Of a stretch of 64,000 nt of DNA, positions 37,801 to 47,111 are shown piece by piece. Below the pieces are notes generated by a model. It was not told where the DNA came from. It did no database searches and saw only the letters and a list, made by a program, of their open reading frames with translations. The first letter of the stretch is position 1; each line of letters begins with the position of its first letter. The position numbers were made by a program, and so were the translations under genes. Source of the stretch: Candidatus Binatia bacterium (lineage in GTDB: Bacteria > Desulfobacterota > Binatia > HRBIN30); the NCBI GenBank assembly GCA_038245295.1, contig JBBRSP010000031.1, positions 1-64,000 on the forward strand, in the 5' to 3' direction.

Positions 37801-39166
37801 CCCGGCAACCAAGATCGAAGCAGCCCTGGCCCGCCTCGAGGGCGACGGCATTGTCCTACGCGGCCAATTCACCAACAAAACCCCCAACGCCCTACGCCCG
37901 CCGCCCGACCCTCAGGGCCTCACGGGCGACCCGCACCCCGCACCCCGCACCCCGCGCGACGCCGCGGCGAAGCCCTCGGAAGAGTGGTGCGAGCGGCGCT
38001 TGTTGGCGCGTGTGCATCGACTGACCTTGCAACGTCTGCGTAAAGAGATCGAAGCCGTGCAGCCGGCCGACTTCCTGCGTTTCCTGATGCAATGGCAGCA
38101 CGTGCACCCGGGTACACAGTTGCATGGGCGTGATGGGTTGCTGCAGGTGGTGACGCAACTGCAGGGCCTCGAGTTGCCGGCGCCGGCTTGGGAGCGCGAT
38201 GTCCTGCGGGCGCGTGTTCACCAGTACAAGGAGTTCGATCTCGATCAGCTTTGTCTGTCCGGTGAAGTCGCCTGGGCGCGGCTGCGGCTGAATCTGCCGG
38301 AGGAGTTGGAAGAGGGTGCCGAACCGACACGGCGCCGCGTCATCCCAACACGTTCGGCGCCGATTGGCTTGTCGCGTCGTGAGAATCTCGGGCTGCTGCT
38401 CGAGCCGTTGGCCGCCGACACGAATCTGGACGGCGATTTGTCCGGCGCAGCGCAGCGCATCTACGAGCACCTGCAGAAACACGGCGCCAGTTTTCTTTCC
38501 GACCTGGCGCGCACCCTGCGATTGGTCGGCGCGCAAGCCGAAGACGCGATGTGGGAATTGGTCACGCGCGGCCTCGTGACGGGTGATGGCTTCGCCGGTT
38601 TGCGGGCACTGCTGTCGCCCGAGGCCAAACCGCCGCCGGCGAGTTTTCCTCTACGCCCGTTGCGCGCCGCCCCGACTCGTCGTGCATTACCGAACGGACG
38701 CTGGGCTTTGCTGCGCAGCCAACCGGCGACCGAAACGGACGAAAGCGAAGCTGTCGAATTTTTCGCGCGTCAGATGCTGCGTCGCTGGGGTGTCGTGTTG
38801 CGCGAGCTGCTGGCGCGCGAAGGGCGCGCTCCGGCCTGGCGCCTTCTGCTGACGGTTCTGCGTCGCCTCGAGGCACGCGGCGAAATCCGCGGTGGTCGCT
38901 TCGTCGCCGGGTTTGTCGGCGAACAGTTCGCCCTGCCCGAAGCAGTCGAAGCTCTGCGTGCGGCGCGGCGACAGCAACCCGACACGCAGCCGCTTCTGGT
39001 GCACGCCTCGGATCCCCTCAACCTGGTCGGTATCCTCACACCAGGTCCGCGCGTCGCCACCAACTCCGGCCAGGTGATCGCTTTCGAGAACGGCGTGCCG
39101 ATCGACCATGGCGACCTCGGCGCCGTCCTCACACGCCTGCGCAATCGCAACCTGGCGCGCGCATAA
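34805..39166 (+). CDS. lhr: Lhr-family ATP-dependent helicase with long C-terminal winged-helix extension
   Basis: APTGSGKT, SPLKAL, RTGDT, TTPES, DEIH, LSAT, HHGS, SLELGID, QRVGRSGH, and C-terminal GEIRGGRFVAGFVGEQFA. Confidence 0.92.
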   Translation: MHTVRFHPLVADWFKARFGEPTPAQVQGWKHISTGRDTLIAAPTGSGKTLAAFLWAVNLLIERAATGTLEDRTSVVYVSPLKALANDIQKNLRQPLAELQDLAFQRGILMPEIRAAVRTGDTPTSERQAMLKHAPHILITTPESFFILLTADKSRRMLARAETIIVDEIHAVAADKRGAHLSLSLERLDALATTRLQRIGLSATQKPIEEIARLLVGTDRLILGGLPDCAIVDTGHQRKLDLRIEIADHELGPIAPLELWGDIYERIVELSREHRTTIVFVGTRRLVERVSHQLSERLGADKVAAHHGSMSRQTRLHAEEGLKSGAIPVVVATASLELGIDVGHVDLVCHIGAPRAIATFLQRVGRSGHWLGGIPKGILFPLTRDDLMQAGALIRAIRAGELDRITLPEHPLDIVAQQIVAIAACETIDEADLWQLVQRAYPFRNLTRKDFEDVLVMLSDGVSTRRGRRSAHLHRDAVNHTVKGRRGARLAAITSGGAIPDTADFDVVAEPDGIFVGKVNEDFAIESMAGDIFLLGNHSWRIRRVESGKVRVIDAEGAPPTIPFWLGESPGRTIELSAAVAELRQAVAERRNNLAEAVQWLKDECSMDDSAAAQIVAYVADTFAMLGAVPTQDTVIAERFFDEGGGMQLVIHAPFGARINRAWGLALRKRFCRSFDFELQAAATDDGMVLSLGEQHSFPLESVFAMVRLASVEEDLVQAALQAPMFGTRWRWNATRALALLRFGGGKKVPLQLQRMRSEDLLAAVFPMQLACGDNHAGGNIEPPDHPLVNETVINCLQEAMDLRGLRGILERLDSGQIRTVSVDTPAPSPMSHEILNANPYAFLDDAPLEERRARAVSLRRVDPDIASGIGSLDDAALATVREQAWPDVRDADELHDVLLSLGLLPLAELPPAWETFRQQLLTARRAATAQWNERHALVASERVEALKLAVPSVTFDPQPPALVAVEMDDETAFRTIVQGWMDVVGPTTVPALAERLGLPATKIEAALARLEGDGIVLRGQFTNKTPNALRPPPDPQGLTGDPHPAPRTPRDAAAKPSEEWCERRLLARVHRLTLQRLRKEIEAVQPADFLRFLMQWQHVHPGTQLHGRDGLLQVVTQLQGLELPAPAWERDVLRARVHQYKEFDLDQLCLSGEVAWARLRLNLPEELEEGAEPTRRRVIPTRSAPIGLSRRENLGLLLEPLAADTNLDGDLSGAAQRIYEHLQKHGASFLSDLARTLRLVGAQAEDAMWELVTRGLVTGDGFAGLRALLSPEAKPPPASFPLRPLRAAPTRRALPNGRWALLRSQPATETDESEAVEFFARQMLRRWGVVLRELLAREGRAPAWRLLLTVLRRLEARGEIRGGRFVAGFVGEQFALPEAVEALRAARRQQPDTQPLLVHASDPLNLVGILTPGPRVATNSGQVIAFENGVPIDHGDLGAVLTRLRNRNLARA

Positions 39167-39258
39167 GTCGCGGAGGCGCTTTCGGTAGGCGCAGGCCTCA
39201 GCCTGCGGTGTGTTCCGATGCGCTCTGGTGTGCAGAGCTGTCCTGAATCGGCAAGAGG

Positions 39259-39567
39259 CTAGGTCTCGCTGATCGGCTGCTGCAGATCGCGGACTCTGAT
39301 CAGCTTCTTGTCGCGGACTTCATACTCGCCGGCGACGATCACGTCGCGAAAGTCGATGCGCAGCAGGTCGACGTAGTAGGCCAGCAGGCGGAGTTCGCCG
39401 CGGCTGCCGACGAGAGCACAACGCAGGCAGCGTGCGTCAGACGGCTTGCCGTCATGCATGACGGCGCATTCCAAGAAACCGAACGCGTCGTCCCACTCGG
39501 TTGGCGCGAAGTGGGCACGCGTGTAGGCGATGACGTCGGCGGGGATCTCCATTACGTGGCCATCCAT
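39259..39567 (-). CDS. Small hypothetical protein
   Basis: About 100-aa ORF with protein-like composition (RCLRCALVGSRG...IDFRDVIVAGEYE); start uncertain. Confidence 0.6.
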   Translation of the reverse strand: MDGHVMEIPADVIAYTRAHFAPTEWDDAFGFLECAVMHDGKPSDARCLRCALVGSRGELRLLAYYVDLLRIDFRDVIVAGEYEVRDKKLIRVRDLQQPISET

Positions 39568-39759
39568 GACGCGCCAATGTGCGGGTCCCGGTGATCGCGT
39601 CGTGCAAACGGTGCGTGATCGATCAACGCCATGGTGAGGCAACTCTGCGTCGGTCGACTGCCGATTGCAAGGTTGCCGATTCCACGAGGTTGGTGGAGCG
39701 GATCATGGCGACCGTCTCGACCATGTCCAGGCTCCGCATGGTGTGGTAGGCGTCGACCC

Positions 39760-40752
39760 ATGAGCGCACCGATCGAACCGATGATCCAACTACGTGGCTG
39801 CGATGTGCGACTGCCGCTGCTTGGGCTGGGCACCTGGGCCTGGGGTGACAAATCGACGTGGGGCATGAACGACTACGATCGCAGCTACAACATCGAAACC
39901 ATCCGCGGCGCCTTCCAGCGCTCGCTCGACCTCGGCGTCACACTGCTCGATACGGCCGAGGCTTATGGCGATGGCGAAAGCGAGCGCATCATCAGCCAAC
40001 TGATGCGCGAGGATCCTGAACGTGCCGCGCGCGCCGTGATTGCGACGAAGTTCATCCCGTTTCCGTGGCGTATCCCGATGGCGAAGGCTTTGCGCACGTC
40101 GCTCGAGGCGTCGCTCGAACGCCTCAAGATGCCGGCGGTGCATCTGTATCAAATCCACGGGCCGATCAGTCTGCGTTCGCCACAGACGATGGCCGATGCG
40201 CTCGCGGCGGCGGTGAAGGACGGCCTGATCAAAGCGGTGGGCGTCTCGAACTACTCGGAGAAGGAAACACGCGCCATTCATGCGGCGCTGGCCAAGCACG
40301 GTATTCCACTGGCGACCAATCAGGTGGAGTTCTCGTTGCTGCGACGCATGCCTGAATCGCTGGGTCTGCTGGCAGCCTGCCGTGAGCTCGGTGTCACGAT
40401 CCTGGCCTATTCGCCGATCGGACAGGGACGTCTGACCGGCAAGTACAGCGCCAGCAACCCGCCGCCCGGCCGTCGCAATTTCTCGGCCTTCCCGATGCAA
40501 GAGATCGATCCGATCGTCGCCGATCTACGCCGTATCGGCGACCAACACGGCAAGACACCGAGCCAGGTCGCCCTCAACTGGATCATTTGCAAAGGTTGCA
40601 TCCCGATCCCCGGCGCCAAGAACGCCAAACAAGCCGAGGACAATGCCGGCGCCCTCGGTTGGCGGCTCAACGACGAAGAGGTGACGCGGCTCGATGCCCT
40701 TGCCAAGAGTGGCCAGCGCACGTTGATGCATCGGGTGTGGCAACACGGCTGA
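39760..40752 (+). CDS. Aldo/keto reductase
   Basis: LGLGTWAWGD, DTAEAYG, IATK, LYQIH, AVGVSNY, NQVEFSL, LAYSP, PIPGAK. Confidence 0.93.
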   Translation: MSAPIEPMIQLRGCDVRLPLLGLGTWAWGDKSTWGMNDYDRSYNIETIRGAFQRSLDLGVTLLDTAEAYGDGESERIISQLMREDPERAARAVIATKFIPFPWRIPMAKALRTSLEASLERLKMPAVHLYQIHGPISLRSPQTMADALAAAVKDGLIKAVGVSNYSEKETRAIHAALAKHGIPLATNQVEFSLLRRMPESLGLLAACRELGVTILAYSPIGQGRLTGKYSASNPPPGRRNFSAFPMQEIDPIVADLRRIGDQHGKTPSQVALNWIICKGCIPIPGAKNAKQAEDNAGALGWRLNDEEVTRLDALAKSGQRTLMHRVWQHG

Positions 40753-40799
40753 GAATTGTTGGGCGCGCGCCACAACGTGGCACCCACGCCGGAGCCTGC

Positions 40800-41588
40800 A
40801 TGATCGCCCGACTCCATCATGTCGTCGCCCTGGTGGTCATCGGGCTGCCGCTCCTACCCATGCTCGCTCTCGGAGCGGAGTTGTCGCTGAAGTACGACGT
40901 CTACTACGGGCCACTGCGTGTCGTCGCAATCGAGTCCCGCTCACAACAGGCTGACGGGCGCTTCAAGATGTCGACGCACATGCAGACGGTGGGAATGATT
41001 GGGTCGCTCTTCCCGTGGACGCTGCAGGCTGAGGCCCGCGGTTTGATGGCCGATGGGGACGTGCGATCCGAGAGCCGCGTTGTCGATTCCGTCTATCGTG
41101 GCAAGCGCCAGCATTTCGAGGTGCGCTACTCTACCGATGGTGCCGTCGATGTGGGTTTCGATCCGGCCCCGGACACGCGCGAAAGAGAACTCGTGCCGGT
41201 GGAACTTCGACGCGACACGCTGGACCCAGACGCGGCACTGATTCATATGTTGGGCGTCCTTGTCACAGGCGGCACTTGCTCAGGCACGTTGCGGATCTTC
41301 GATGGTCGGCTGCGCTACGACCTGCAACTTGCCGAGGCCGGCAAGGCGCAAGTCGCGACCGCAGACGGGTCGATCTACAGCGGTCCGACGCGCCTGTGCG
41401 ACGCCGTGGTCGAGCCGATTGCCGGTTTTCCCCTGGCGGAACGTGTGAAAGGCGATGAGCGGGCTCGGCTGCGCTACTACCTGGCACCGGTTCTCGGCGG
41501 AGCAACACTCATTCCGGCGCGTGTCGATCTCTCCGGCCCACGCGGTACGCTGAAAGCCTACCTCGTCGACGCGCAGCGCGGAGGTTGA
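40800..41588 (+). CDS. DUF3108-like secreted protein
   Basis: Signal peptide, YDVYYG, TLDP..., IFDGRLRYDL. Confidence 0.7.
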   Translation: MIARLHHVVALVVIGLPLLPMLALGAELSLKYDVYYGPLRVVAIESRSQQADGRFKMSTHMQTVGMIGSLFPWTLQAEARGLMADGDVRSESRVVDSVYRGKRQHFEVRYSTDGAVDVGFDPAPDTRERELVPVELRRDTLDPDAALIHMLGVLVTGGTCSGTLRIFDGRLRYDLQLAEAGKAQVATADGSIYSGPTRLCDAVVEPIAGFPLAERVKGDERARLRYYLAPVLGGATLIPARVDLSGPRGTLKAYLVDAQRGG

Positions 41589-41645
41589 GGAGGTCGTTGT
41601 GCTCCGCCTGGCGAGCCCGGCGCACCGATGCCATAACGAGGCCCT

Positions 41646-42962
41646 ATGCCGAATGCTCCCGCGGTGCCACCGCGCATCCTGCTCGCCTACGGCGCGCCGA
41701 TCCTCGGCCTCGGCTTCCTGATGTTCTTCGTGCAGTTCTATTTCCTCAAGTTCGCCACCGATGTGTTGCTGCTGCCGCCCGCCACCGTCGGTGTGGTGTT
41801 TGCTGTCGCCAAGGTCTGGGATGCCATCAGCAACCCGCTCGTCGGCAGCTGGAGTGATCGGACACGCTCACGCCTGGGTCGGCGGCGGCCCTTCCTGTTC
41901 GGCTCGTTGCCGCTTTTGGTCCTCGGTTTCGTGATGTTGTGGCGTCCGCCGGAGGCGCTGAGCCCCGGACTTCTCGTCGCCTGGATGGTGGTGGGGTTGT
42001 TCCTGTTCTACGTCGCCCTGGCTCTCTACACGATTCCGCACGTCGCGCTTGGGGCAGAGATGAGCTCCGATAGCCATCAGCGCACTCGCCTGTTCGGGGC
42101 GCGCCAGATCTTCTTCACGATTGGCATGTTGTGTTCATTCGCGGCGATTCAGTCGGCGATGAATGCCGCCTCGCCGCGTGTCGCCGCCGCGGCAATTGCG
42201 ATCCCCAGTGCGCTGATCGCGGTGCTGCTGCTGTCGATTACGCCGCTGGCACTGCGCGAGCCGGCGCGAGCCTGCCACGGCGGCCAAAGTATGATGGCGG
42301 GGTTTCGCGATGTCCTAGGTTCGCGCGCCGCGCGTATTCTGTTGTTCGTCTGGTTTGTCGAGAACACGGGTGTCGGCGCCGTCGGTACGCTGGCGCCCTA
42401 CGTGGCACAGTATGTTCTGCGTCGTCCCGATGTCGTTGGGATACTGCCGGCGGCGTATGTCGTGTCCGGCATCCTGACAATTCCCCTCTGGATTGGTTTG
42501 TCGCGCCGCATCGGCGCGCGCGACACCTGGCTTGCCGCCATGATTCTGGCGGCGATCGCGTTTGGCGGCATGTTGTTCGTCGGCGCCAACGACATCGTGC
42601 TGACCATTGCGCTCCTGGCGCTCGCCGGCTGCTCCATGGGTTGCGGTAGCGTTTTATCGTCCACCCTGATGGCCGAGATCATCGACATCGACGAGCGGCA
42701 GACCGGCGAGCGTAAGGAAGGCGCTTATTCGTCGGCGATGATGTTCGTGCTGCGTATCGGCATCTCGCTGGCGACAGCGGCGAGTGGCTTCGTCCTCGCC
42801 AGCGCCGGCTTTGTGCCGAATGGCGAACAGTCGGCCGCCAGCCTGATGGGTATCCGCATTCTCTTCGCCGGAATGCCGTGCGTCGGGTTCCTAGTCGGAG
42901 CGTTTTTGTTCCGGCGTTTTCCGTTGGGGAAACGCGTCGCCGCGACGGTCGCGGTCGGATGA
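41646..42962 (+). CDS. MFS transporter, GPH (MelB-like) family
   Basis: WDAISNPLVGSWSDRTRSRLGRRRPF, IPHVALGAEMS, TGERKEGAY. Confidence 0.9.
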   Translation: MPNAPAVPPRILLAYGAPILGLGFLMFFVQFYFLKFATDVLLLPPATVGVVFAVAKVWDAISNPLVGSWSDRTRSRLGRRRPFLFGSLPLLVLGFVMLWRPPEALSPGLLVAWMVVGLFLFYVALALYTIPHVALGAEMSSDSHQRTRLFGARQIFFTIGMLCSFAAIQSAMNAASPRVAAAAIAIPSALIAVLLLSITPLALREPARACHGGQSMMAGFRDVLGSRAARILLFVWFVENTGVGAVGTLAPYVAQYVLRRPDVVGILPAAYVVSGILTIPLWIGLSRRIGARDTWLAAMILAAIAFGGMLFVGANDIVLTIALLALAGCSMGCGSVLSSTLMAEIIDIDERQTGERKEGAYSSAMMFVLRIGISLATAASGFVLASAGFVPNGEQSAASLMGIRILFAGMPCVGFLVGAFLFRRFPLGKRVAATVAVG

Positions 42963-42998
42963 TGGCTTCGGCTCCGATCTCAGGGCGACGCGCTCCGT

Positions 42999-45900
42999 TC
43001 AGGCCGCCTGCGCCGCCGTGTCGAGCGCCTTCTCCAGACGCTCGACGTCCTCCGGCGAGAGATTGAAGTACTTCGCCTCGGGATGATGCAGCACCAGCGC
43101 TGACACCGAACCTTCGGGTTCCATCATGAAACCCTCGGTGAGCGCGACGCCGATGTGTTTGGTCACTTCCAGCAAGCGGAAGAGTTGCTCCTGGTCTTCG
43201 AGACGGGGACACGCCGGGTACCCGAACGAAACGCGCACGCTGCGATACTTTGCCTTGAACAGGTCCTGCTTGGTCGTGCCGATCGGATCGGCGAAGCCCC
43301 ACATCTCGCGAATCTTTTGATGTAGCAACTCGGCGAACGCCTCGGCGCCTTCGAGGGCGAGGATCTGGAGAATGTGTGAGCGGAGATAGTCGCCTTTTTC
43401 CTTCCACTCGTCGGCCAGGGCGCGTACGCCTGGTCCGACCGTGGTGGTGAAGAGGGCGACATAATCCGGCTCGGCGGCGCTGACCGGCGCCACATAGTCC
43501 GCCAGACACAAATGCGGCGCCTGCGCCTGGCGCCCGAACAAGAAACGCTCCTGGATAGTCTTGCCGTCGCTCGAGTAGATCAACAGCGCGTCGCCGTCGC
43601 TGCGCGCCGGGAAGAATCGGTACACGGCGCGTGCCTTGATGTCGTCGCGCTGCAACATCACTGCTTCGACGGCGTCGACTTGCTGGCGCAGCTCCTTGGC
43701 CTTGGCGTCACCGACTGCCAGCGCCTCGTCGAACTTGCCCTTGAAGCCCAGGTGCCTTGTGTACAGCATCGACGGATTGATGAAGGGGAAGATGGCGTCG
43801 AGATCGTACGACTCGATGACATGCGGCTTGAGATCGGGCGGCCGTGGGATGCTCTTTGCCGGCTTGATGTCGGACCGTGGCACCCCGACGGCTTGATCTA
43901 CGGCCTCGTAACGCTTCGGCCCCGCCGCGGCGAGTTTCTCCGTCTCGGCGATATGCCTCATCGCCATGGCGTCGCGCTTGTCGGCGTCCATGAGCTGGTT
44001 GGCGAGGTCGAGCCCGGTCATCGCGTCCTGCGCATACGCCACCAGGCCTTCGTACTCCGGCGCGATCTTGAGGCGGGTGAAGCGATTTGACAGCGCGGCC
44101 CCGCCGACCAGGATGGGGCAGCTGATGCCCGCCGTCTTCAGATCCTGCGCCGTCACCACCATCATCTGCGCCGACTTGACCAGCAGGCCGGACAGCCCGA
44201 TGGCGTCGGGCTTATGCTCTTTGTAGGCTTTGATCAGATCGGCGGGTGGAATCTTGATGCCGAGATTGATGATCTTGAAGCCGTTGTTGCTGAGGATGAT
44301 GTCGACCAGATTCTTGCCGATGTCGTGGACGTCACCCTTCACGGTGGCGAGCACGATCGTGCCCTTGGTCGACGTCTCGGTCTTCTCCATGTGCGGTTCG
44401 AGATGCCCGACCGCCGCTTTCATCGCTTCGGCCGACTGCAACACTTCGGCAACGATCATTTCGTTCTTGCCGAACAGACGGCCGACTTCGTCCATGCCGA
44501 CCATCAACGGACCGTTGACGATTTCCAATGGCCGCCGCGTTTGCAGTGCCTCGTCGAGGTCGATGTACAGCCCGTCCTTCGAGCCTTCGACGATGTATCT
44601 TGCCAGACGTTCGTCGAGTGGGATGTCCTTGTTGCGCTCGACCTTGGCGCGCGGTGTCTTACTGCGGAAATGATTGGAGAATGAGGCGATCGGATCATCG
44701 CCGCGCCACCAGATGAGATCTTCGGCGAGACGCCGCTCTTCTTCGGGAATTGACGGATAGCGCTCGAGTTTCTCGGAGTTCACCAGCGCCATGTCGAGGC
44801 CCGCCTGTACGCAGTGGTACAGGAAGACCGAGTTCAGCACCTCACGCCCGGCCGGCGGTAGACCGAACGAAACGTTGGAGATGCCGAGGACCGTCTTGCA
44901 GTTCGGCAGTGCTTCCTTGATCAGGCGAATCCCTTCGATCGTCTCGACGCCGGCACCGATGTAGTTCTTGTCGCCGGTGCCAACCGGGAACACGAGCGCA
45001 TCGAAGAAGAGATCTTCTTCGGGAATGCCGTACTTCGTCGTCAACAGGTCGCGTGAGCGCAGGGCGATCTCGAGCTTGCGCTCGCGCGTGATCGCTTGAG
45101 CCTGCTGCTTGTCTTCATCGATACAGCCGACAACCAACGCGGCACCGAAGTCGCGCGCCATCGGACAAACCCGTTCGAAGCGATCCTCGCCATCTTCGAG
45201 GTTGACGGAGTTGATGATCGACTTGCCCTGCGTCAGCTTGAGCGACTCCTCGATGACATGGGCGTCGGTGGAGTCGATCATGACCGGGACTTTGATTTTC
45301 TTGACCTGGACCTCGAGGAACGAGGTGACGTCTTCGAGCTCGTTGCGGTCGGGATCCTGCAAGCAGACGTCGATGACGTGGGCACCCTTGCGCACCTGCG
45401 CGCGGCCCACCTCGGCGGCTTGATCGATCTCGCCGGCGGCAATCAGGTCCTTGAACTTGCGGCTGCCCAGAACGTTGGTGCGTTCGCCGACAATCACCGG
45501 CCGGGTATCCTGATCGATGACCAGGGCCTCGACGCCCGAGACAATCGATCGCCGCACGTTGACGGCCTGGCGCGGCTTGTAGCGGCGCGCCTCTTCGGCA
45601 ATCAGCCGAATGTGTTCGTTGGTGGTGCCGCAGCAACCGCCGACGATGTTGATCCAACCGTTGGCGCAGAAGCGACCGATCTTCTCGGCCAGCATCGGCG
45701 GCAGCTCGTTGTAATTGCCGTCTTCGTCCGGCAGGCCGGCGTTGGGGAAGATCGAAATCGGAAAGCGCGAGATTTCGGCGAGCGTGCGGATATGGTCGGT
45801 CATGAAGTCCGGCCCGGTGGCGCAGTTCATGCCGATGGCGAACAAATCGCGATGCGCCACGGAGACGTAGAGCGACTCGATTGACTGGCCGGCCAGCATG

Positions 45901-46514
45901 GTGCCCATGACCTCGATCGATACAGAAAGTACGACGGGTACCGAGCGCCCGAGCTTGGTGAATGCGTCGTTTATGCCGAAGAGTGTCGCCTTGACGTTGA
46001 GAGTGTCCTGTTGGGTTTCGACGAAGAGGATGTCGCTGCCGCCTTCCACGAGACCGCGCGTCTGTTCTTCGAACGCCGAGCGTACCGCGTCGAAGGTGAT
46101 GCCGCCGGTGACCGAGATGGACTTCGTTCCCGGGCCCATCGAGCCGGCGACGAAACGTATCCGCCCCGGTTCGGTGAACTCATCGGCAACCTTGCGCGCC
46201 AGCCGCGCCGCCTCGTGATTGAGCTCGTATGCCTTCTCCGGAATGCCAAACTCGGCGAGCACGATGCGTGTGCCGCCAAAAGTGTCGGTTTCCACCAGGT
46301 CGGCGCCGGCTTCGAAGTAGCCGCGGTGCACGCTCTCGATCACATCGGGGCGCGTGAAGACGAGGTTCTCGCCGCAATTCTCGAACTGCGGGCCGCCGTA
46401 ATCGTCGATCGACAGCTCGTGGGCGTGGATCGCGGTGCCCATGGCGCCGTCGAGGATGAGAATACGTTCACTCAAGGCGCGGCGTAGCGCGCGGTTTCGC
46501 TCGTCGGGTGACAT
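42999..46514 (-). CDS. metH: Cobalamin-dependent methionine synthase
   Basis: LDGAMGT, GMNCATG, GGCCGT, GERTN, GDVHDIGKN, SGLL, FGYPACP. Confidence 0.97.
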   Translation of the reverse strand: MSPDERNRALRRALSERILILDGAMGTAIHAHELSIDDYGGPQFENCGENLVFTRPDVIESVHRGYFEAGADLVETDTFGGTRIVLAEFGIPEKAYELNHEAARLARKVADEFTEPGRIRFVAGSMGPGTKSISVTGGITFDAVRSAFEEQTRGLVEGGSDILFVETQQDTLNVKATLFGINDAFTKLGRSVPVVLSVSIEVMGTMLAGQSIESLYVSVAHRDLFAIGMNCATGPDFMTDHIRTLAEISRFPISIFPNAGLPDEDGNYNELPPMLAEKIGRFCANGWINIVGGCCGTTNEHIRLIAEEARRYKPRQAVNVRRSIVSGVEALVIDQDTRPVIVGERTNVLGSRKFKDLIAAGEIDQAAEVGRAQVRKGAHVIDVCLQDPDRNELEDVTSFLEVQVKKIKVPVMIDSTDAHVIEESLKLTQGKSIINSVNLEDGEDRFERVCPMARDFGAALVVGCIDEDKQQAQAITRERKLEIALRSRDLLTTKYGIPEEDLFFDALVFPVGTGDKNYIGAGVETIEGIRLIKEALPNCKTVLGISNVSFGLPPAGREVLNSVFLYHCVQAGLDMALVNSEKLERYPSIPEEERRLAEDLIWWRGDDPIASFSNHFRSKTPRAKVERNKDIPLDERLARYIVEGSKDGLYIDLDEALQTRRPLEIVNGPLMVGMDEVGRLFGKNEMIVAEVLQSAEAMKAAVGHLEPHMEKTETSTKGTIVLATVKGDVHDIGKNLVDIILSNNGFKIINLGIKIPPADLIKAYKEHKPDAIGLSGLLVKSAQMMVVTAQDLKTAGISCPILVGGAALSNRFTRLKIAPEYEGLVAYAQDAMTGLDLANQLMDADKRDAMAMRHIAETEKLAAAGPKRYEAVDQAVGVPRSDIKPAKSIPRPPDLKPHVIESYDLDAIFPFINPSMLYTRHLGFKGKFDEALAVGDAKAKELRQQVDAVEAVMLQRDDIKARAVYRFFPARSDGDALLIYSSDGKTIQERFLFGRQAQAPHLCLADYVAPVSAAEPDYVALFTTTVGPGVRALADEWKEKGDYLRSHILQILALEGAEAFAELLHQKIREMWGFADPIGTTKQDLFKAKYRSVRVSFGYPACPRLEDQEQLFRLLEVTKHIGVALTEGFMMEPEGSVSALVLHHPEAKYFNLSPEDVERLEKALDTAAQAA

Positions 46515-46634
46515 TGGACCTGCGTGTCTAGCGCAGGCGGCGCCTCAATTCCAAGCCGTTCCACGCTTGTGGCTGCAGTGCATGTATGGATCGCAGGTAT
46601 CGCCGTAGCTCTGTGCTCCGAGTAGCCCGAAGGC

Positions 46635-47072
46635 ATGAACAGAATCGTCGCCGGATTACACCGGCAGTGGGGAGTTGCACGTGTATTGTTGTTCGTCCTC
46701 GTTCACTCTTCAGCCATCACTCTTCACCCTTCCGCCGCGCTCGCCGAGCCGGCGGAGCCGCGCCCCCTCGAACATCAACTGGACGGGCTGAGCGAGCGGG
46801 TGCATCAACTCGCGGCGGTTGTGCGCGACCAATGCGCCGGTGTGCCGATGCAAGATGAACGCATCGACGATGTTTGGGAGCAGCTGGTCGATTTGCGCAA
46901 CGAGACGGAGAATCACCGGCGCAAGGTCAGCCAGCTACTGCGCGCGGTAGCCGCCTTGGCCACGGCCATCGGGACACTCGGTGGTGTTCTCTGGTATCGT
47001 CAGCGTCGGACGGACGGTCGGGTTCGGGTCATCCGGTTGGCCGAAAACCATCGAAGAACGATCGAGCTGTGA
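46635..47072 (+). CDS. Hypothetical protein with N-terminal and C-terminal hydrophobic segments and a coiled coil
   Basis: 145-aa ORF filling the gap between metH and the MaoC-like gene. Confidence 0.5.
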   Translation: MNRIVAGLHRQWGVARVLLFVLVHSSAITLHPSAALAEPAEPRPLEHQLDGLSERVHQLAAVVRDQCAGVPMQDERIDDVWEQLVDLRNETENHRRKVSQLLRAVAALATAIGTLGGVLWYRQRRTDGRVRVIRLAENHRRTIEL

Positions 47073-47111
47073 CCAAGGCTCGTATAGGTCCCATGGGACC
47101 CATACGACGTA

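Noticed and set aside
46515..46634. SAM or cobalamin riboswitch upstream of metH
   Set aside because: The gap is only ~120 bp and I could not find the conserved core motifs. An Rfam scan would settle it.
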